Below, one piece after another: positions 11,346 through 21,685 of a DNA stretch of 64,000 nucleotides. The first letter of the stretch is position 1, and each line of letters opens with the position of its first letter. The translations under genes and the position numbers were made by a program. Source of the DNA: Octopus sinensis. Lineage: Eukaryota. Under the pieces are notes generated by a model. It was not told the origin of the DNA, did no database searches, and saw only the letters and a program-made list of their open reading frames with translations. The stretch spans positions 65,782,001 through 65,846,000 of the forward strand of contig NC_043001.1 of the NCBI RefSeq assembly GCF_006345805.1, in the 5' to 3' direction.

Positions 11346-14300
11346 TCACAGGCGAAACCTGAGAACTGGTCCATTTATACAGGCCAGTCTCGCACAATTC
11401 ACCCACCTTTCATAAAACTTGCTATCGGACAGCACTTTCCTCTCTAACCTCATCTTCCTTTTCAAGTGAAACTTGAAAAAGTTGATGAGGCCTTGACCAA
11501 AGAGGAAAGTGTCTGACTTTAGCCCTTTCAAACGAGTCCACCACACAACTTCTTTCGCCACAGCCACAAGGCACAAGAAAACGGCCTCGCCCTCCTTGTT
11601 AAAGGAGGTCGGCGGGGCAATCTTCACTATGGATTCGGCCGATAGTCGGATCCGTCCTACACGTGACAGTAGCTGTTCGACATAAACCCATATTTCAGCA
11701 ATACTCGGGCACTGGACGAGTGCGTGCAGAACGGTTTCGTCGTCCTGGCAACACCTCGGGCAGGCCCGGCTGACGGCACTTCCGTGCCGGTAGAGTTTAT
11801 CTCGAACAGGCAGAGCCCCTCGGTAGCACTGCCAGGCGAGAGACCTCTGGAAATTATCCATCGGCCCCGGCCCGAAAGTCCTCCCGAACAGACCGCTCAG
11901 TTCGTCGTCTTCAACGCCTAGAGTTTCCCCGAGAACGTCGTCGCATTTTTCCTCCACTAACCCTCTATAGAACGCTAGAGTGGAGCTGTAACCGACCGCA
12001 TTGCCCGCCTGGCGGAGGGCGGAGAGGGCTTGACGGCACTCGAGGTGCCAAGCGCCCTTTCTCGGTCTACGTTTGATCCAGGTCTGCAGCTCCGTCAAAG
12101 AGACGAGCTGCGGAAAATCGCGTCTGACAAAAGACGACCACACCTGTTCACCGTCTAGGAAGCGCTTGAGATGCCGCAGCCTGAGCGCATGTCTGCGCAA
12201 CAGCAACCACGGCATTCCAAGGCCTCCGTTCAGCGGTCGTTGACAGCAGATGGATCGCCTGACCAGTGGCACCTGACCCTTCCACAAAAAGTCGAAGAGC
12301 AGGCGTACCAGCTTGGCCAACCAGCGGTCGGGACAAGGGACGACGGTCAAGCGGTAATAGATGACGGATGCGATGTACGCATTCGCCACCTCCGCTCGAC
12401 CTTTCAGGGACAGCTTCCTCTCGGCCCATTTCTGGGTGAGACGTGCCACCCTGCTCGTCACCTCTTCCCAGTTCTTATCCACCTGGAGGTCCGGACCGAA
12501 CCAGACCCCGAGCAGTTTAACGGGTCCGTCTGTCCAGCGCCCTACGACGCTGTTGGACGGCATGGGCTTGCCTCTCCAGGTGCCCAGTTGCAAGCCCACA
12601 GACTTTTCCGCGTTAATCTTTGCCCCTGTCACCGCTTCGTACTTAGTGGTTTAGCGTCTCGCCAATCAGGCCAATGTGCCTGTGGCTCGACACCACCACG
12701 GTGACGTCGTCGGCATAAGCAGACACGCTGTTTCCGCCTCCTAGATCGCGCGGGATGCCCCTCAAAGCCTCCAACTTGCGCAGTAATGGCTCGAGAGTCA
12801 AAATGTACAAGAGGGAGGAGAGAGGGCATCCTTGGCGGACCGAACGCGAGATGTCGAACGGTTCCGAAAGGTGACCGTTCACCCGTATCACCGAGCAGAT
12901 GTTGCTGTATAAAGCAGCGATCCACCCGCGGAAGACTGGACCGAAGCCGGCTGCCTTGAGGACAGCTGCCAGGTACCGATGGTCGACCCTATCGAAGGCT
13001 TTACTCTGATCCAAGTTGATCAAAGCCCCACCCGCGCCAGCGTCGTTACCCACCCTCTCTATGATGTAGCGCATGAGATGGAGGTTGTCGTGTATCGACC
13101 TGGTCGGCACGGCGCATGTCTGCGTCCCGCCGACCAGCTTGTCCACGACAAGCGCCAATCTCTTGGCTAGCACCTTGGCCAAAATCTTCAACTCTGCATT
13201 GAGCAGAGTGATGGGCCGGAAATTCCCTATAACGTCCCCCTGTTTGGGTCCTTCTTTAGCAAAGCCACCACCCCTCGACAGACAAAAGCAGGAATTCTCC
13301 CGTTTTGCTGCCAGTTGCAGTAGACGTTTGCCAACAGGTCCGCAAACAAGTCTGGCATTGAAAAGTAAAGCTCGTAGGGCAGACCATCCAAACCCGGCGA
13401 TCTACCTCTCGTGCAACTCTTCATCGCTTCCTGTACTTCCCAGGCAGATATCGGTCCTTCGCAGCACTCTGCCTCGCTGTCCGAGAGTTGCGGCAGTCCG
13501 TCCAGGTACACACCGAAGTCTGTACCGTTGGTGTCCGTTCCACCGCTCGTCCCAAACAGTTGAGCAAAGTGCCGCTGAAGCACCGTACACATCTGCTTCG
13601 GTTGGGTAACCTCGCGCCCGTTCTGGTCCACCAAAGACCGAATGGTTGCTCTGTTGCCTCGCTTCGCCTCCGCCACGCGGGCCCATCGAGCGGCTCTAGT
13701 CCCCTCCCCGCTTAGCGAACGTGCCTTAGCTCTGACAACGCAGCCTTCGTGTTTGGCGTCGAAGTGTTGGTCGAGGGCCAACCTTGCCGCCAACACGTCG
13801 GTCGCGATGCCAGTGTCAAGAGCCTCGTCTAGTTTCTTAACTAAATCCCGCTCTCTCTTCCTACGTTCAATAGCTAGAGTCTTACTATACCTAATCGACT
13901 CTACTCTAATTGCTCTCTTGAGGGCAAACCACCAGTTGTTGTTGATGATTGCCCCCGTGAGCGCCCGCTTAACTAGTAAACTAATCCGGTCTCTGTAAGC
14001 TTTGCACGCCGTTAACGACGCGTTCAGCTTCCAGTAGCCGGGTCCCTGTCTATGTAGCCTATCTAAGTCGACCGTACAGATCACTAATTTGTGGTCCGTA
14101 TATTCGACTAGGTGGAATTGTGGACACCCTACGCTGTCCTTATCCGCTGGCCTACAAAACACTCTATCTAAGTACGATCTAGACGACCCGATGCGGTTTG
14201 TCCAAGTCCACATTGGCACATTCGGGTTGTCTAGTCGAAACCTGTCGGACAGCTGAAAGCGGCCGAGTAGGTTGGCGAGGCTCTTGCACCCTCCCCCTCT

Positions 14301-14782
14301 CCTATCAGACGCTCCCTGCCCACCCGATCGAAACGTTCGTCTAAGACAGCGTTCCAATCCCCAACTAGTACTAGAGTGCGTGACGTTCCCAGGAAAACTT
14401 CCAGACGTTTGAAATAATCCGACTGCCCTGCTCCTGTCGGAGCGTAGGCAGCCAGCAGTCTGAAAGCACCGCCGTCACTACCGTCCACGTCGAGGACCAC
14501 CAACTTACCTTCCGGATCCAAGAAGACTGTCCTTATTTTCAGGTCCAGGCCCTTCCGAAACAACACCGCAGTACCACCACCGCCCGCTCCCGGCCGACAC
14601 GGAGATAGAAATATCTCGTATCCGCCGAAAAGGGCTGCGAGTTCCTGCGGGTCGGAGAGCCTGGTTTCACTGATGGCTGCTACATCCACATCATGAAACC
14701 TCAGGTCGTTTAACAGGTGACCCTGTTTCCAAGGTGACCCGAGGCCTCTCACATTCAAGCAACCGATTCTAAGATTTGCCAT
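11346..14782 (-). CDS. Tx1-like ORF2: APE endonuclease, reverse transcriptase and C-terminal zinc finger; broken by several small indels
   Basis: MANLRIGCLNVRGL, SET, GDWN, SYLDRVF, TDH, GPGYWKLN (L1/Tx1-type), FRPITLLN, QGCPLS, YADD, CPRCCQDDETVLHALVQC. Split across ORFs 14231..14782, 13227..14357, 12643..13191 and 11346..12632. Confidence 0.92.
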
Positions 14783-14822
14783 GTTTCAAAAGTTAGGGAA
14801 AAAAAAAAGGAGAAAAAAGGCT

Positions 14823-16671
14823 CTACTTACTGTTGTTGGTGGTGGGGGTGGCTCCCTTGTGCTTTTGCACGGGTGCTTCAATAATATTTTTGTAAAGTTT
14901 CTGAGAGAAACTTTTCCCTAACGATCCCACATCGTTAGGGAATATTTGTTTTATTTCGTTGTAAACTGTTTTGTTTATTTTAATTGTGAGAATGTGTGCT
15001 GGTGGTGTGTTGTGTGTAGGTATTATGAAATCTGTAATGTTTGTGCTTGTTTTGTTTTTCAAATACTCAACCAGTTCCTGGTTTCTTGTATTCACTGCTG
15101 TAATCGTGTCTGTAATTGTGTCTGTGTTTGTTTGTGTCTGTGGTAGTGGCAGTAGTGGTGTCGAAAGTGTTGTTGTTGTTGTTGTTGTTGTGAGTGTGTG
15201 TTGTTGTTGATGTTGTTGTTGATGTTGGGAAGTACTGTTTGTTCGTGCTTCCCCTGTAAATCTTTTTGTTTTTTCCTCCTTTTCTTTTTTGGAGGTACTA
15301 TGTTCCATTCTCCTTTGTTGGAATCAGAGCTCGCACAATCCGAGATCTCTTCATCCGGCAAAGGAATGGTTGAGGGGTCTGCTTCAGTAGCAGGACGAAA
15401 AGTTTCTGGTTCACCGGTATCGGTGGTGCCGCTGCTCCTGTTACTGTTGATGTCGCTGCTGTCGACCTTCGAGGTACTGGTGTCGGTGTTGGTTTGGTGG
15501 TGGTTGGTCGGTGGTGGTTTGGTGGTGGTTGTTGTTGTTGGAGGTGGTGTTGTGATGGTGTTGGTGGTGTGGCAGCCTTTGGTGTTTCTTGCTGTTTTTG
15601 TTGTTTCTGTTGTTTGTTGCTTTGTTTGTTGTTTGTTGTTTTGTTGTTGTTGTTGCTGCTGCCTCTTGCTGAAAGCCTCCATCCTCTTTTTGTGAATGGG
15701 ACAGTCCCTCTTTAAGTGGCTTTCGCTGCTGCAGAGAAAACATTTTGGCTTTCGCCCCTCCACAGCAACGTTTAGCCTGGTGCCGTCCGGCAAACTTACG
15801 AAATCAGGGATTTTACTTATATCTCTTGCTGAATTTGCGCAAGAAGCAGCACTCCCATCCCCAACCAGTTTTTCGCCCTCACTCTCCTGACATCTAGAAT
15901 GGTGGTAGTGTCCTCTATATCATAGAGGACAGCTGCCACCAGCCATGACATATTTAGCTCAGGGGGGACGAGGTCGATTTTTATTTTTGTCACTCTTCGC
16001 CCGAGGTGGTTGGAATTAGTAACAAATTCTCAGTTTGCAAGGGCGAAATGGCGTTCGCCCTTGCAAGCTCCTCTGTTGGGAAGCGAACCTCCACGGTTCC
16101 AAAACGCTTCCCCTGGTTACGTAGCTCTTTTGGGCCCAAATGGGCTTTAGAGCTATCTCCAACTGTTGGGGTGTGGCATTTGTTATTCTTTTTAGTTTTC
16201 TGTCGAAAACTTGTAAATTATTGTTTGCTTGTTGGTGCTTTCAATCACCTCTTGTGGAGTATTGAGGAAGATACCATTGCCATCCTTCCTTAACAATTCC
16301 TTCGCTCTTTTCACATCTTCTAGAGTTATCTTAACTTCCTCCGAAATTTGCTTCGCAGCAGAAGCAAAATTGTTGGAAGTTTTTTCTTTTATCCGTGTCA
16401 ATGTTTGTGATGATTTTTGTATTTGTTTTTTCTTCCTCCTCCTTCCTTACCAAAGCATTGGGTGAAGGCAGAGGGGGAAAATCAAGAATTACGTCGAACG
16501 CGACGTCATGACTTGCATTTTCCTTTTGAACCGAGCGCGTGCTCTGCGGTTCGGAAGGAGAATCTTTGTTGCCTTTTAAGGCGTGAAGTGGGTGTTTTGT
16601 ACGAGTTGTGTGTGTTTGCGGAGGGAGTGTATCTTGAAGGAAGGAACAGCCAACTGTTCGCTTCATAGCCA
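14823..16671 (-). CDS. Tx1-like ORF1 (gag-like, CCHC knuckle, Q/T-rich tail); frameshifted
   Basis: CFLCSSESHLKRDC in ORF 15092..15793; N-terminal pieces align with ORF 20121..21080 of copy B. Start position approximate. Confidence 0.8.
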
Positions 16672-16917
16672 TGTTTTTTTTTGTTGTAATATTCAAAATG
16701 TTGAAAAATGTCAAATGTTCAAAGTTTTCAAACGCAATTTCACCCCGAATGGGGCAAAATTTCGCCCAACCGACGAGCTCCGCAAGAAGCCGGTCGGTTT
16801 GGCTACAAAAATATTAAAAAATATTCAAACCTATTAATAGATTTCCAATGAAATTGGTGTCAAATTCACGGAGCTGATTCACGTACGTCTATCGTCGTCG
16901 GAAATAATAATAATAAT

Positions 16918-19900
16918 CAATTCTTTTTTATTGGCCACAAGGGCTAACACGCATGATTACATAAAGGGACAAGACAGGACGAAAGGTTACAAAGGGTTTT
17001 GCCGTTTTTTAAAAACATCGAGTAAAAATCTTTATAACAACTTATAAAATTCAACAATGAAAAACTCCCAAAATGGGGAGACGTCTCGAAATGTTCCCGG
17101 TGGAAAAAACCCTACAAAAGCCAACGGGAGCCTGGTCAAAAAAAGGGGGTGTAGAGAGTCCCCTTTCTTCTCCTTTTACATTACCTTTTTCTTTGAAATC
17201 ACAGGCGAAACCTGAGAACTGGTCCATTTATACAGGCCAGTCTCGCACAATTCACCCACCTTTCATAAAACTTGCTATCGGACAGCACTCTCCTCTCTAA
17301 CCTCATCTTCCTTTTCAAGTGAAACTTGAAAAAGTTGATGAGGCCTTGACCAAAGAGGAAAGTGTCTGACTTTCGCCACAGCCACAAGGCACAAGAAAAC
17401 GGCCTCGCCCTCCTTGTTAAAGGAGGTCGGCGGGGCAATCTTCACTATGGATTCGGCCGATAGTCGGATCCGTCCTACACGTGACAGTAGCTGTTCGACA
17501 TAAACCCATATTTCAGCAATACTCGGGCACTGGACGAGTGCGTGCAGAACGGTTTCGTCGTCCTGGCAACACCTCGGGCAGGCCCGGCTGACGGCACTTC
17601 CGTGCCGGTAGAGTTTATCTCGAACAGGCAGAGCCCCTCGGTAGCACTGCCAGGCGAGAGACCTCTGGAAATTATCCATCGGCCCCGGCCCGAAAGTCCT
17701 CCCGAACAGACCGCTCAGTTCGTCGTCTTCAACGCCTAGAGTTTCCCCGAGAACGTCGTCGCATTTTTCCTCCACTAACCCTCTATAGAACGCTAGAGTG
17801 GAGCTGTAACCGACCGCATTGCCCGCCTGGCGGAGGGCGGAGAGGGCTTGACGGCACTCGAGGTGCCAAGCGCCCTTTCTCGGTCTACGTTTGATCCAGG
17901 TCTGCAGCTCCGTCAAAGAGACGAGCTGCGGAAAATCGCGTCTGACAAAAGACGACCACACCTGTTCACCGTCTAGGAAGCGCTTGAGATGCCGCAGCCT
18001 GAGCGCATGTCTGCGCAACAGCAACCACGGCATTCCAAGGCCTCCGTTCAGCGGTCGTTGACAGCAGATGGATCGCCTGACCAGTGGCACCTGACCCTTC
18101 CACAAAAAGTCGAAGAGCAGGCGTACCAGCTTGGCCAACCAGCGGTCGGGACAAGGGACGACGGTCAAGCGGTAATAGATGACGGATGCGATGTACGCAT
18201 TCGCCACCTCCGCTCGACCTTTCAGGGACAGCTTCCTCTCGGCCCATTTCTGGGTGAGACGTGCCACCCTGCTCGTCACCTCTTCCCAGTTCTTATCCAC
18301 CTGGAGGTCCGGACCGAACCAGACCCCGAGCAGTTTAACGGGTCCGTCTGTCCAGCGCCCTACGACGCTGTTGGACGGCATGGGCTTGCCTCTCCAGGTG
18401 CCCAGTTGCAAGCCCACAGACTTTTCCGCGTTAATCTTTGCCCCTGTCACCGCTTCGTACTGGTTTAGCGTCTCGCCAATCAGGCCAATGTGCCTGTGGC
18501 TCGACACCACCACGGTGACGTCGTCGGCATAAGCAGACACGCTGTTTCCGCCTCCTAGATCGCGCGGGATGCCCCTCAAAGCCTCCAACTTGCGCAGTAA
18601 TGGCTCGAGAGTCAAAATGTACAAGAGGGAGGAGAGAGGGCATCCTTGGCGGACCGAACGCGAGATGTCGAACGGTTCCGAAAGGTGACCGTTCACCCGT
18701 ATCACTGAGCAGATGTTGCTGTATAAAGCAGCGATCCACCCGCGGAAGACTGGACCGAAGCCGGCTGCCTTGAGGACAGCTGCCAGGTACCGATGGTCGA
18801 CCCTATCGAAGGCTTTACTCTGATCCAAGTTGATCAAAGCCCCACCCGCGCCAGCGTCGTTACCCACCCTCTCTATGATGTAGCGCATGAGATGGAGGTT
18901 GTCGTGTATCGACCTGGTCGGCACGGCGCATGTCTGCGTCCCGCCGACCAGCTTGTCCACGACAAGCGCCAATCTCTTGGCTAGCACCTTGGCCAAAATC
19001 TTCAACTCTGCATTGAGCAGAGTGATGGGCCGGAAATTCCCTATAACGTCCCCCTTGTTTGGGTCCTTCTTTAGCAAAGCCACCACCCCTCGACAGACAA
19101 AAGCAGGAATTCTCCCGTTTTGCTGCCAGTTGCAGTAGACGTTTGCCAACAGGTCCGCAAACAAGTCTGCATTGAAAAGTAAAGCTCGTAGGGCAGACCA
19201 TCCAAACCCGGCGATCTACCTCTCGTGCAACTCTTCATCGCTTCCTGTACTTCCCAGGCAGATATCGGTCCTTCGCAGCACTCTGCCTCGCTGTCCGAGA
19301 GTTGCGGCAGTCCGTCCAGGTACACACCGAAGTCTGTACCGTTGGTGTCCGTTCCACACCGCTCGTCCCAAACAGTTGAGCAAAGTGCCGCTGAAGCACC
19401 GTACACATCTGCTTCGGTTGGGTAACCTCGCGCCCGTTCTGGTCCACCAAAGACCGAATGGTTGCTCTGTTGCCTCGCTTCGCCTCCGCCACGCGGGCCC
19501 ATCGAGCGGCTCTAGTCCCCTCCCCGCTTAGCGAACGTGCCTTAGCTCTGACAACGCAGCCTTCGTGTTTGGCGTCGAAGTGTTGGTCGAGGGCCAACCT
19601 TGCCGCCAACACGTCGGTCGCGATGCCAGTGTCAAGAGCCTCGTCTAGTTTCTTAACTAAATCCCGCTCTCTCTTCCTACGTTCAATAGCTAGAGTCTTA
19701 CTATACCTAATCGACTCTACTCTAATTGCTCTCTTGAGGGCAAACCACCAGTTGTTGTTGATGATTGCCCCCGTGAGCGCCCGCTTAACTAGTAAACTAA
19801 TCCGGTCTCTGTAAGCTTTGCACGCCGTTAACGACGCGTTCAGCTTCCAGTAGCCGGGTCCCTGTCTATGTAGCCTATCTAAGTCGACCGTACAGATCAC

Positions 19901-20361
19901 TAATTTGTGGTCCGTATATTCGACTAGGTGGAATTGTGGACACCCTACGCTGTCCTTATCCGCTGGCCTACAAAACACTCTATCTAAGTACGATCTAGAC
20001 GACCCGATGCGGTTTGTCCAAGTCCACATTGGCACATTCGGGTTGTCTAGTCGAAACCTGTCGGACAGCTGAAAGCGGCCGAGTAGGTTGGCGAGGCTCT
20101 TGCACCCTCCCCCTCTCCTATCAGACGCTCCCCTGCCCACCCGATCGAAACGTTCGTCTAAGACAGCGTTCCAATCCCCAACTAGTACTAGAGTGCGTGA
20201 CGTTCCCAGGAAAACTTCCAGACGTTTGAAATAATCCGACTGCCCTGCTCCTGTCGGAGCGTAGGTAGCCAGCAGTCTGGTGTTGGTGATGGTGTTGGTG
20301 GTGTGGCATCCTTTGGTGTTCTTTGCTGTTTTTGTTGTTTCTGTTGTGTTTGCTTGTGTTG

Positions 20362-20407
<46 letters not shown>

Positions 20408-21660
20408 GCTGCTGCTGCCTCTTGCTATATCCTCCATTCTCTTTTTTTGAATGGGCAGTCCCTTTTAGGTGGCTTTCGCTACTGCAGAGGAAACATTTTG
20501 GCTTTCGCCCCTCTACAATAACATTTAGCCTTGTCCCATCCAGCAAGATGACAAAGTCAGGTATGGCATTGATGTTTTCCTGCTGGATCTGTACCAGCAG
20601 TTGAATGCCCATGCCTGACCAGTTCTTTTCTCGTACCCTCCGAACATTCAGAATAGTGGCATTGTCCTCTATGCCATAGAGGACAGCCGCTACTAGCCAT
20701 GAGATTTTCTGTTCGGGGGGTATTGTGCTTATAGTTATTTTTTGTACCTTACGCCCGAGGTACGTCGGGACGAGGAACAAATGTTCATTTTGCAAGGGCG
20801 AAATGGCGTTCGCCCTTGCAAGCTCCTCTGTTGGGAAGCGAACCTCCACGGTTCCAAATCGCTTCCCTCTTGTCACATAGCTCTTCTGGCCCCAAATGGG
20901 CTTCAGAGCCATCTCTAACTGTTGTGGTGTGGCGTTAAACAATCTTTTAGTTTTCTTTTCGAAGACTTTATAAAAGATTGTTCTTTTGTTTGTCTCTTGT
21001 GTGAGTTGTTGAGGTGTGTTGAGGAAAACACTGTTCCCCTCCTTTCTCAACAAATCTTGTGCCATCTTTATGTCCTCCATCGTTATTTCTACATCTTCCG
21101 AAATTTGCTTCGCAGCAGAAGCAAAATCGTTAGAGTTTTTAACATTTTTTTGTTGGTTTTCTTGTCTGTATTTTTGTCTGCTATAAGTTTCTTTTCCTCC
21201 CTCTTCGGTACAGCATCACTTGTTGAAGCAGAGGAGGAAATCAAGAGTGACGTCGAACGCGACGTCCTGGCTTGCATTCTCCTTTTGAACCGAGCGCGTG
21301 CTCTCCGGTTCGGAAGGAGGATCTTTGTTGCCTTTTACGGCTTGAAATGGGTTGTACGTAACCCGTGACGTTGCCTTTTGTTCTTGTGGAGGGGGTGTTG
21401 CAAGAAGGAGGGAAGAGCCAGCAGCTCGTTTTAAAGCCATTTTGTAAATGTGTGTGTGCATAAAAAATGTCAATTTCAATGTAATAAAGAGCAATTTCAC
21501 CCCGAAGGGGCAAAATTTCGCCCAACCGACGAGCTCCGCAAGAAGCCGGTCGGTTTGGCTACAAAAATATTAAAAAATATTCAAGCTTATTAAAAAATTT
21601 CCAATAAAATTGGCACAAAACTCACAGAGCTGATTCACGTACGTCCATCGGCGTCGGGAG
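16918..21660 (-). mobile_element. Second Tx1-like LINE (copy B), head-to-tail with copy A; internally deleted and chimeric
   Basis: ORF2 and 3' UTR nearly identical to copy A; 35-bp deletion near 17372; about 1.08-kb deletion at 20279/20280 joins the ORF1 tail to the middle of APE; ORF1 clearly diverged from copy A. Confidence 0.9.
20121..21495 (-). CDS. ORF1 of copy B (frameshifted, C-terminus lost)
   Basis: ORFs 21216..21500, 21089..21277 and 20121..21080; KPKCFLCSSESHL knuckle start. Confidence 0.75.
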
Positions 21661-21685
21661 GAATAATAATAATAATCATAATAAT

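Larger units (their letters stand above)
11062..16902 (-). mobile_element. Full-length Tx1/L1-clade LINE (copy A), flanked on both sides by (AAT)n
   Basis: 5' UTR, ORF1 with CCHC knuckle, ORF2 with APE-RT-zinc finger, 3' UTR ending CCCTTGTGGCCAATAAAAAAGAATTG. Confidence 0.93.

Noticed and set aside
11724-19814. Plus-strand and alternate-frame ORFs overlapping Tx1 ORF2 (for example 12171..12704, 13073..13609)
   Set aside because: Antisense shadows of GC-rich coding sequence; they are repeated only because the element is duplicated.
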